Positions 16,600 to 24,288 of a stretch of 28,209 nt of DNA are shown one piece after another. Source of the stretch: Thermoplasmatota archaeon (lineage in GTDB: Archaea > Thermoplasmatota > E2 > JACPAO01 > JAHFTW01); the NCBI GenBank assembly GCA_041623015.1, contig JBFJXT010000001.1, forward strand, positions 1 to 28,209, given 5' to 3'. A program made the translations under genes and the position numbers. Numbering within the stretch: the first letter of the stretch is position 1; each line of letters opens with the position of its first letter. The notes below the pieces were generated by a model, which was given only the letters and a program-made list of their open reading frames with translations, was not told the DNA's origin and did no database searches.

Positions 16600-18006
16600 A
16601 TGCTCAAGCGAGGTAAGGAAACGGACGCCGTCACCCAAGTGGTGTCATTCATCGTGGCCGGTGCATTCTTCCTGGGCATCCTCGGCGCCTTGCTCATCGC
16701 AACCAGCGACTCTTCGGAAGCGGACGGCACCCAAATTCAAGACACGCAAAATCGCCTTGACGCGGAGCACCTTGCGGATTTACTTGCAGGAAGCACCGGC
16801 ATCGGCTGGGCTGGCGGTGCTGACTCGGTCACACGCATTGGTTTGCTTCACGACGACGGAGACCGGCTCGATAACAACCGATTGTCCGCCCTTCGAGGAG
16901 CCGTATACGATGCGGACCCGAACAACGGCAAAATCGACTACGAAGAAGCGCTCGACAGCATGGGCATCCCCAATGACGGCAGTGTTGGATTCCATCTCCG
17001 CATGACCCCCGTGGGCCTGCAAAAGCAACTTCTGGCCGCAGATTTGAGCCACATCCAAACTGCATACATTGGCGACTGGCCAAACGTCGCCCTCGACTAC
17101 ACCGTCCCCTTGGGCACGGACTTGGACATGCTGACCGACGTGCGCGCTCAGATCGATGTGCAAATCGATATTCTAACTGGGCAAGAGCGCCAAATCATCG
17201 ACAACCTAGGCCTTGGCTTTGACGATATGATTGACCTCAACAACATCAACATCGATGTGGACTTGGGCCTCGGCGTCACCGTTCCGATTCAAACCGTCCT
17301 CGGCGATCTTGGGTTGCTGGACGGGGACGTCTACCTAGATCAAAAGCAATACTTGGACAGCACCCTCAACTCGGTGCTTCCAGGATACGACCTACTGATT
17401 GTAGGCAGCTCCGTGGATCAATCCAGTCTCACCAGCGCCATCGTCAAGCAACCCATCTCTGACTGGGTCGTCGCTGGCGGCACCCTCATGGTGATGGGTA
17501 GCTCTGCACAGAACTTCCAGTGGCTTGAGCCCCTGTTTAGTGTCGGCACCACCACCGTCAACTCAGCCCCCGCCGCTCCCGACGTCAGCCACCCCATCCT
17601 GCACGAGCCCCATGAGTTGGATTGGCCAAGCTACGACAACTTTGGCCTTGCCTGGGACCTCAAGGACCAAGGCGCCATGGCGAGCTTTGACAAATTCCAA
17701 CACATCATCACCTCAGACGGAGAAGATATTCTGGCGGTCAGCAACGAAGGCGCTTTCGGAGACGGACGGATTTTCCTCACCAGCTTCCGGCCCGAAAACA
17801 TAGCCGACACCATGGACGCTATAGAAGCCGGCAATTTCCTCAACAACCTCGTGCTCTACAGCGACCGCGCGCACCTGTACCTCGACTACGGCCCGACGCC
17901 GCCCGATGGTGCTGCAGTGAGCGCTGCCGTGCGCACCAGTCAAATCCTCGACCCGGATCTCGGCATGGTCAACATACGTATGACCGTGCTCTACTGGGGC
18001 GTTTAA
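16600..18006 (+). CDS. Pilin-like surface protein (class III signal) with GATase-1-like domain; paralog 2 of 3
   Basis: ATG 16600 gives MLKRGKETDA|VTQVVSFIVAGAFFLGILGALLI. TTTATC at 16566-16571 lies about 29 nt upstream, favouring this start over GTG 16561. Confidence 0.8.
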   Translation: MLKRGKETDAVTQVVSFIVAGAFFLGILGALLIATSDSSEADGTQIQDTQNRLDAEHLADLLAGSTGIGWAGGADSVTRIGLLHDDGDRLDNNRLSALRGAVYDADPNNGKIDYEEALDSMGIPNDGSVGFHLRMTPVGLQKQLLAADLSHIQTAYIGDWPNVALDYTVPLGTDLDMLTDVRAQIDVQIDILTGQERQIIDNLGLGFDDMIDLNNINIDVDLGLGVTVPIQTVLGDLGLLDGDVYLDQKQYLDSTLNSVLPGYDLLIVGSSVDQSSLTSAIVKQPISDWVVAGGTLMVMGSSAQNFQWLEPLFSVGTTTVNSAPAAPDVSHPILHEPHELDWPSYDNFGLAWDLKDQGAMASFDKFQHIITSDGEDILAVSNEGAFGDGRIFLTSFRPENIADTMDAIEAGNFLNNLVLYSDRAHLYLDYGPTPPDGAAVSAAVRTSQILDPDLGMVNIRMTVLYWGV

Positions 18007-18131
18007 CCCCTTCACCCCGGACGGTTCTCCTCCCTTCGCGTCGGGAATCAAGTAGGAAATACGAATTCTCTTCCTCATATACTCCTTTTTAGGGGCGGAC
18101 TTAAGCGGACGAGACAGATGATGAAGGTTCC

Positions 18132-19562
18132 ATGCGACGCTTGCGTATGGACCACGAGGCCGTAAGCCAAACGGTGGCCTTCGTGGTGGGCTTGTCCCTT
18201 TTCATGGGATTCCTTGTCACCCTCATCATCAGCAGCGCCGACAGCCCAGACTCCAGCGCAAGCATCATCCAAGACACCCAAAACCGCCTCGACGCCGAGC
18301 GCATCGCAGATATGCTCGCAAGCAGCCCCGGCATCGGCTGGGAGACAGGCGCCGACAACATCAATCGCTTGGGCCTCGTCGATCGTGAGACCAATCAACT
18401 CAACGCCGAAAACATGGACAAACTTCGGGGAGCAAAATACGAGTCCGATCCATTCAACGGCAAAGTGGACTACGAAGAGGCCCTCGAAAGTCTTGGCTTA
18501 CCTACAGACGACCGCCTCGGCATCCATATCCGAATTACGCCTGTTGGACTTCATAATCAACTCGCATTCTCCAGTCTTAGCCATGTGAAAACGTCTTACA
18601 TCGCAGACTGGGAAAACACGCCGCGGGACTTTGTGGTCACCTTCGCAAGCGACCAAGCCATGGTGGATGACGCCAGGGCCCAAATTCAAGCCACCATTGG
18701 CGCTGGAACCCAGAGCGAACGAGACACCATCGTTAGCCTCGATACGGGATTTGACAATCGAGTCAACCTTTGGGGATTCACCATCCTTGCAGAAAATCTC
18801 GCCACAGGCGATCAGCAACCTCTCCAAGATGCCCTCACGGACAAAAGCCTGATGCGAGGCGACATCTACATTGACGACAGTCAATACCTCTCATTCAACC
18901 AGGACTCCGGCAACGGCCTCTTTGAGGATTCTCTGCCCATCTATGATTTGCTCATCATTGGCAGCACGGTCCAACACTCCAGCCTCACCAGCAACAACGT
19001 CAAGCATCCCATCGCGGATTGGACCCTCGCCGGAGGCACACTCCTCGTGCTTGGCAGCGAGAGCCAAAACTTCCAATGGCTTCAGCCGCTTTTTAGCGTG
19101 GGCACCACCACCGTCAATGCGGCTCCCTCAGCTCCCGATGTGAGCCACCCGATGCTCCATGAGCCCTACGAATTAGACTGGACTAGTTACGACAACTTTG
19201 GCCTTGGCTGGAATCTCAAGAAGAGCGGAGCCCAAGCCAGCTATGAAAAATTCCAACACATCATCACTTCAGAAGATAAAGACATCTTAGCCGTGAGCAA
19301 CGAAGGCGCCTTCGGAGACGGCCGCGTCTTTCTGACCGCATTCAGGCCCGAGGATATTTTCATCCAGCAAAGCCCAGACGAAGCCTACAATTTCCTGCGA
19401 AACATCGCCCTATTTGACGATCGATCCCAACTCTACCTCGACTACGGACCCACGCCACCAGAGGGTGCCGCGGTGAGTGCTGCAATTCGAACGACGCACT
19501 TGCCCGACCCCGACCTCGGCATGGTCAATGTGCGCATCACCGTGCTTTACTGGGGTGTGTGA
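18132..19562 (+). CDS. Pilin-like surface protein (class III signal) with GATase-1-like domain; paralog 3 of 3
   Basis: MRRLRMDHEA|VSQTVAFVVGLSLFMGFLVTLII. The last 206 aa are 150/206 identical (hand count, ungapped) to paralog 2. Confidence 0.8.
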   Translation: MRRLRMDHEAVSQTVAFVVGLSLFMGFLVTLIISSADSPDSSASIIQDTQNRLDAERIADMLASSPGIGWETGADNINRLGLVDRETNQLNAENMDKLRGAKYESDPFNGKVDYEEALESLGLPTDDRLGIHIRITPVGLHNQLAFSSLSHVKTSYIADWENTPRDFVVTFASDQAMVDDARAQIQATIGAGTQSERDTIVSLDTGFDNRVNLWGFTILAENLATGDQQPLQDALTDKSLMRGDIYIDDSQYLSFNQDSGNGLFEDSLPIYDLLIIGSTVQHSSLTSNNVKHPIADWTLAGGTLLVLGSESQNFQWLQPLFSVGTTTVNAAPSAPDVSHPMLHEPYELDWTSYDNFGLGWNLKKSGAQASYEKFQHIITSEDKDILAVSNEGAFGDGRVFLTAFRPEDIFIQQSPDEAYNFLRNIALFDDRSQLYLDYGPTPPEGAAVSAAIRTTHLPDPDLGMVNVRITVLYWGV

Positions 19563-19573
19563 GGCCAGGCCAG

Positions 19574-19741
19574 TTACCAGAAGCGCCAAACGTCGCGCAA
19601 TTGAATCGCCACGTAACCCGCAAAGGCCGCAAAAAACAGCAGCAACACGGCGCGTACGAACCAGATGGGCTCCTCCGCGCCGGCGCTGGGCTCAGGTGCC
19701 TCCGACTCTTGCACATGCACCTCTTGGCCGGCTTCTGCCAC
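19574..19741 (-). CDS. Putative 55-aa single-TM small protein (not in ORF track)
   Basis: GTG 19741 to TAA 19574 gives MAEAGQEVHVQESEAPEPSAGAEEPIWFVRAVLLLFFAAFAGYVAIQLRDVWRFW: acidic N-terminus, one clean TM helix, aromatic end. It fills the intergenic gap and starts 23 nt from a TATA box. Confidence 0.6.
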   Translation of the reverse strand: MAEAGQEVHVQESEAPEPSAGAEEPIWFVRAVLLLFFAAFAGYVAIQLRDVWRFW

Positions 19742-19763
19742 GAATTGTCCAACGAACCATCCC

Positions 19764-19769
19764 TATAAA
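19764..19769. promoter_or_regulatory. TATA box (TATAAA / TTTATA), probably bidirectional
   Basis: It lies 24 nt from the tyrS ATG (19793) on + and 23 nt from GTG 19741 on -. A purine-rich AACGAAC BRE-like sequence lies upstream on +. Confidence 0.6.
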
Positions 19770-19792
19770 CGGCCTCACCCTCGCCGCCCAAC

Positions 19793-20857
19793 ATGACCAG
19801 CGACCGCCTCAAGGCTCTCGCCCAAGAAATTGTTGGAGAGGACGAATTTGACGCCCTTCTCACCCAAGCCCTCACGGCGAAGGAACCGGGCGACCGACCT
19901 CGCGCATACATTGGTTTTGAGCCCAGCGGCACCGCCCACATTGGCTGGATGGTCTGCACCGACACCATCCGAACCCTCTACGAATCTGGCTTCGACGTTA
20001 CCATATTGCTTGCCGATTGGCACGCACAAATCAATGACAAACTCGGCGGAGACTTGCACGCCATTCGCCGCTGCGCCGAATACATGACCGACGCTTTCGA
20101 AGCACTCGGCGTCGAGAAAACCAAGGTCACTTACCGATTCGCTGCTGAGTTTGCCCAAGACCCCGCGTACTGGGCCAGCGTCATTCAAGTGGCCAAGCAC
20201 ACCACCCTCAAGCGCATGCGCCGCGCCATGACCATCATGGGCCGCGCCGAAGACGAGGGCGACGGCGACATGAGTAAATTCCTCTACCCTGCCATGCAAG
20301 TCGCTGACATTTTCCACATGGACATCGACTTGGCCTACGGTGGCATGGACCAACGCCACGCCCACATGCTGGCTCGCGACGTGGCCAAGAAAATGGACGA
20401 AAAGGCCCCAGTCGCCTTCCACACCCCCCTCGTGCCCAACCTCAAAGGAGGCGCAGGTCGCATGGATCCTGTGGAAGCCAAGATGAGCAAGAGCGACCCC
20501 AACAGTGGCATCTTCCTCCACGATGACGCCGCCCTCGTGTCCAAGAAAATTGCCAAGGCGCACTGCCCCGCCGGCGAAAAGGAGGACAACCCCGTCCTGG
20601 ACTTGCTCCGCCTCGTCATCTTCCCGCGCCTCACCGATGGCCTACACATTGAGCGCCCCGAAAAATTCGGAGGCCCCTTGCACTACGCCACCTACGACGA
20701 CGTGGAAGCCGCCTTCGTTGCAGGCGACCTGCACCCAATGGATCTCAAGAACGGCGTTGGCGCTGCCCTCAATGGAATTCTTGATCCTGTTCGCGCCTAC
20801 TTCGAGCACCACCCCGAGAACCTCGAGTTCGTCGAGAGCCTGAAGCGAACTCGCTGA
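19793..20857 (+). CDS. tyrS: Tyrosyl-tRNA synthetase, archaeal type
   Basis: YIGFEPSGTAHIGW (HIGH-like), LLADWHAQINDK, YPAMQVADIF, GGMDQR, KMSKS and LHPMDLK. It is short, without the bacterial S4 domain. Confidence 0.97.
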   Translation: MTSDRLKALAQEIVGEDEFDALLTQALTAKEPGDRPRAYIGFEPSGTAHIGWMVCTDTIRTLYESGFDVTILLADWHAQINDKLGGDLHAIRRCAEYMTDAFEALGVEKTKVTYRFAAEFAQDPAYWASVIQVAKHTTLKRMRRAMTIMGRAEDEGDGDMSKFLYPAMQVADIFHMDIDLAYGGMDQRHAHMLARDVAKKMDEKAPVAFHTPLVPNLKGGAGRMDPVEAKMSKSDPNSGIFLHDDAALVSKKIAKAHCPAGEKEDNPVLDLLRLVIFPRLTDGLHIERPEKFGGPLHYATYDDVEAAFVAGDLHPMDLKNGVGAALNGILDPVRAYFEHHPENLEFVESLKRTR

Positions 20858-20931
20858 GCGACCCAAATTGGTGCATTTCAGCACCAAGCGGCGGCCCATG
20901 ACCGGACAAACAGAAGGTGCCCGAGCCGCGG

Positions 20932-21732
20932 CTAGATGGTTGCGTTGGCCCGACCGCCCCGCACCGTCTGAACCACTTTGCTTTGCACCCGGCTCACCTG
21001 CCATTGGCGAGAGAGGTCTCGATCTTGAACCTCTGCGGCGGAGGGGTCCCAGGTCAATCCATGTTCAATCTCAATGAGCACGAGGCCCTCCGCAGGGGCG
21101 CGGCTGAAGGAGCGATGTTTGAATTGGGTTTCAAGGCCCACACGGATGTCGCTGACTTCTGCGTCTCCTCGGCCCACCGTGAGCACGGCGCTGACCATGC
21201 GCCGAACTTGATTCCAGAGAAAACTTCGGCCTTTGACCGTAAATAGCCAGTCGCCGCCGTCTTCTTGGACCTCGCAGCTTAGGATGTCTCGCAGGGGGTC
21301 TCGGTCTGCGTCTATGCGCGCAAAGGCACCCATGTGGTGCCTACCGAGGAAGGCAGCGCAGGCGTCCTTCATGCGCTCTAAATCTTCGCCTTGGCCGGGG
21401 GCGTGGTAATGATACGTGCGGCTGGCGGCAAATCGAGGATTCCAATCCGGGTCCACTTCGCAAGCCGCCGTGAGCCAGAGGCCATCGGGCAAATGGGCAC
21501 AAATGGCTGGGACGAGGCCGTTGAGGTGCGGGCGATCAACTTCGGCCATCAGGACATTTTCAAGGGCGCTGACACCCTTGTCCGTGCGGCTGCCGCTTCG
21601 CAAAGACCCGGTGACATAGCCTTCCTTGCGCAACGCTTCGATGAGAATCGCCTCTACCGTATCGGGGATGCTTGGGTCCCTTTGGTAGGCGCCGAATCGG
21701 CCATCGTATGCAATGCGCAGGGCCACATGCAC
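20932..21732 (-). CDS. truA: tRNA pseudouridine(38-40) synthase TruA
   Basis: ALRIAYDG, SGSRTDKGVSA (catalytic Asp), RTYHY, GRSFLWNQVRRMV and APAEGLVL. GTG 21732 lies 23 nt downstream of a minus-strand TATAAA; the track's start at 21897 overlaps the divergent gene. Confidence 0.93.
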   Translation of the reverse strand: MHVALRIAYDGRFGAYQRDPSIPDTVEAILIEALRKEGYVTGSLRSGSRTDKGVSALENVLMAEVDRPHLNGLVPAICAHLPDGLWLTAACEVDPDWNPRFAASRTYHYHAPGQGEDLERMKDACAAFLGRHHMGAFARIDADRDPLRDILSCEVQEDGGDWLFTVKGRSFLWNQVRRMVSAVLTVGRGDAEVSDIRVGLETQFKHRSFSRAPAEGLVLIEIEHGLTWDPSAAEVQDRDLSRQWQVSRVQSKVVQTVRGGRANATI

Positions 21733-21754
21733 AGTGCGGCCACTTGCGGCGGGA

Positions 21755-21760
21755 TTTATA
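21755..21760 (-). promoter_or_regulatory. TATA box of truA
   Basis: Minus-strand TATAAA at leaderless spacing from GTG 21732. Confidence 0.5.
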
Positions 21761-21816
21761 GACGGCGCCGAAGGAGCCGATGACGGGTCAACTCGGGGAT
21801 TTTCCTGTTGGGCTAA

Positions 21817-22827
21817 ATGGCAGATTGCCCATGGCATCGTGTGCCTCGCGTGGTTGTGACCTGGAAGCCGCAGCCGAAGGAGCGAGAAGCGGTCCAAGAG
21901 ATTCTAGGCGAAGATGCTGCCTGGGCCGTTGACGGGGCGGATGCCGCATCGGCCGAAGGGTTGTTGATGTTTTGGCCGCGCAGTGAAATGCGCAATCTTG
22001 GGCTTGATTGGCAAGACCTGTCCGCGTCGTGGATGAAGCTCGCCACCGCAGGCGCAAATCACGTTGGCTGGAATCCGGGGCCCCAAATGCCTGTCATGAC
22101 CACGCCTGGCGCTACGGCACCCGCAATTGCCGAGTACATTCTTGCCAACATCCTCACCTGGGCCCGAGACCTCACAGGCCTCACCAAGGCGATTCGAGGC
22201 GGTCATTTCCAACAAGGAGCCCCGGTTCGATCGCTGAGTGAATTGCGTGTCGGCCTCGTGGGCTTTGGCGGCATCGGCAAAGAAGCCGCGCGCGTCTTGA
22301 ACATGCTCGGCGCCACGGTAGAAGCAGTGAGTCGAAGCGGGAAGGCAGACTCCAACGCGATGCAAACGGTGGACCGACTCGGCACCCTAGACGACTTGCA
22401 ACCGATGGCCGCTCGCGTGGACGTATTGGTGCTCTGTGTTCCCCTTCACAAGGATACGGTAGGTCTCATCGATGCGCCACTTCTGGCGTCCTTTGGCTCC
22501 GGTTTGCTCGTTAATGTGGCCCGTGGCCCCTTGGTGGATGAAGATGCCTTGTACGAATGGCTCAACAGCGACCAGAAACAGCGCGCAGCGGCATTGGATG
22601 TGTGGTGGCGATACCCACGCTCCATTGGCTGGCCATTCCAGCGCCCATTTGATTCCCTTCCAAATGTGGTGATGACACCCCACAACAGCCCAAATGTGGC
22701 GGGCTTTCGGCTCGGCATGATTCACACTGCGTGTCAACAAATCCGCGCCATCTTGGACGGCGACGACCTGACGCACATTGCGGATCCAGAGGCGCATCGG
22801 CTGGACATTGAAGGCGACGGCCGCTAG
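21817..22827 (+). CDS. D-isomer-specific 2-hydroxyacid dehydrogenase, NAD(P)-binding
   Basis: Rossmann motif VGLVGFGGIG, LVNVARG (Arg), AALDVWW and VMTPHNS (catalytic His). GTG 21841 is a plausible alternative start. The substrate cannot be assigned. Confidence 0.9.
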   Translation: MADCPWHRVPRVVVTWKPQPKEREAVQEILGEDAAWAVDGADAASAEGLLMFWPRSEMRNLGLDWQDLSASWMKLATAGANHVGWNPGPQMPVMTTPGATAPAIAEYILANILTWARDLTGLTKAIRGGHFQQGAPVRSLSELRVGLVGFGGIGKEAARVLNMLGATVEAVSRSGKADSNAMQTVDRLGTLDDLQPMAARVDVLVLCVPLHKDTVGLIDAPLLASFGSGLLVNVARGPLVDEDALYEWLNSDQKQRAAALDVWWRYPRSIGWPFQRPFDSLPNVVMTPHNSPNVAGFRLGMIHTACQQIRAILDGDDLTHIADPEAHRLDIEGDGR

Positions 22828-23873
22828 GCTCGTAGTTTGCGCGGCGACTCCACCGCCATTTGAAGCGCCAATTCCGCCACGCGGCACGCATACGCCCATT
22901 CATTGTCATACCAAGCCAGCACCTTCACCAGGTTCCCATTTACCTGCAACGCGGGTTGGTCAACGATGGCCGAATGGGAATCATGGGTGAAATCCACAGA
23001 AACCAATGGGTCCGATTCGCACCGCAAAATTCCATTCAAGGGGCCACTAGCGGCGGCGTTGAAGGCCTCCAAAACAGCCCTTTCGTCGGCTGGCTGACTG
23101 AGCTGGGCAACCAAATCCACCACACTCACATCCGCTGTTGGAACGCGAAGCGCCTGACCCGTAATTCGTCCATCCAGGTGTGGAAGGATTTTGCCAATAG
23201 CGCTCGCGGCTCCAGTTTTGGTGGGGATCATGCTCAATAGACTCCCCCGAGCCCGACGCAGATCCTTGTGCGCCGCGTCCGTGACATTCTGATCATTCGT
23301 GACGGCGTGAACCGTCGTCATCATGCCCGCCTCCACGCCAAATGCATCATCGAGCACCTTCAACACAGGCGCCAAGCAATTGGTGGTACAACTTGCGTTA
23401 CTGACAATGCGATGCGTTGCGGGGTCGTACAAGTGGTCGTTTACGCCCCGCACCACCATCAAGTCCGCCTCGCCGGGCGCCGTGAGAAGCACCCGTTTGG
23501 CCCCCGCGTCGAGATGCTGCTGCAAGGACGCTCTCGTTCGGTGTCGACCACTGGCCTCAATCACCACTTCAGCTCCCAAATCACCCCAAGGAATGTCTCT
23601 GGGCTCATGCTCTTGGAGCACCCTGAGCCGATCCCCTCCAATCACCAATCCGTCATCTGTCACTTCCACAGAATCCGGGTAGCGCCCATGGACGGAATCA
23701 TACCGAGTCAAATGCGCAAGTGTCCCCTTGTCAGTCACATCATTGACCGCCACAAGATCCACTGCGTCAAGTCCCTGCAAAGCCCGCACCACCAAGCGCC
23801 CAATGCGACCAAAACCGTTCACGCCGATTCGCGGGCCATCGCCGTCCATGGCATATGTTTCACTTGAAACCAT
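22824..23873 (-). CDS. gap: Glyceraldehyde-3-phosphate dehydrogenase, class I (bacterial/eukaryotic type)
   Basis: RIGVNGFGRIGR, SNASCTTNCLAP (catalytic Cys), TTVHA, HKDLRRAR, ALRVPT and WYDNEW. The start is ATG 23873 or 23849. Its stop overlaps the convergent gene's stop at CTAG 22824-22827. Confidence 0.95.
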   Translation of the reverse strand: MVSSETYAMDGDGPRIGVNGFGRIGRLVVRALQGLDAVDLVAVNDVTDKGTLAHLTRYDSVHGRYPDSVEVTDDGLVIGGDRLRVLQEHEPRDIPWGDLGAEVVIEASGRHRTRASLQQHLDAGAKRVLLTAPGEADLMVVRGVNDHLYDPATHRIVSNASCTTNCLAPVLKVLDDAFGVEAGMMTTVHAVTNDQNVTDAAHKDLRRARGSLLSMIPTKTGAASAIGKILPHLDGRITGQALRVPTADVSVVDLVAQLSQPADERAVLEAFNAAASGPLNGILRCESDPLVSVDFTHDSHSAIVDQPALQVNGNLVKVLAWYDNEWAYACRVAELALQMAVESPRKLRA

Positions 23874-24055
23874 GAAAACCTTCGGGCAGGAGGTAAGGAC
23901 CCAACAGGCACCAGGCTGGCACATGCCGACGTTTGCGCCAAAAGGAAGATGCTTCAGACTGCAATGCTCGGTCTATGAACCAACACTCCCACCCCCCAGG
24001 CGCTCAAGGCGCACCCTGGAGCCCACGAGGAGATCTAGGCGTCCAAAGTTGGGCG

Positions 24056-24250
24056 ATGCAAACCACAGCGACGAAGCGAATCATGGACTTGATTCATCAA
24101 AAGCCCAGCACCGCCCACGAGGTCTCCACGGGCGCTCGCTTGGCACCCGCGATGACGCTGCGTCACTTGCATCACTTGGCCGCGTGTGGCCTCGTTCAGC
24201 GTCGCGGCGCGAAGTACGACCTTGGCCCGGCGCGTCGAATCAAAACGTGA
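24056..24250 (+). CDS. Small stand-alone winged helix-turn-helix protein (64 aa)
   Basis: MQTTATKRIMDLIHQKPSTAHEVSTGARLAPAMTLRHLHHLAACGLVQRRGAKYDLG fits the IclR/ArsR-type wHTH pattern (rIl.li...p.t..Ela....l...tv.rhL..L...GlV.r....Y.l). ATG 24056 is preferred to the track's start. Confidence 0.65.
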   Translation: MQTTATKRIMDLIHQKPSTAHEVSTGARLAPAMTLRHLHHLAACGLVQRRGAKYDLGPARRIKT

Positions 24251-24288
24251 GAGGAAAGGAAGAGGAAAAGGGCGCCCGATAAAGGAGC

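Noticed and set aside
17380-19562. Nucleotide similarity between 17.4-18.0 kb and 18.9-19.6 kb as a mobile repeat or assembly duplication
   Set aside because: The differences are mostly synonymous and conservative and spread throughout, as expected for diverged paralogous coding sequence.
15363-20563. Minus-strand ORFs 15363-16250 and 19775-20563
   Set aside because: They lie fully opposite well-supported genes (pilin paralog 1, tyrS) and have typical antisense composition.
22824-23873. Erythrose-4-phosphate dehydrogenase (Epd) instead of GAPDH
   Set aside because: TTVHAVTNDQ and HKDLRRAR resemble GAPDH more than the Epd pattern as I recall it. This is not decisive without a phylogeny.
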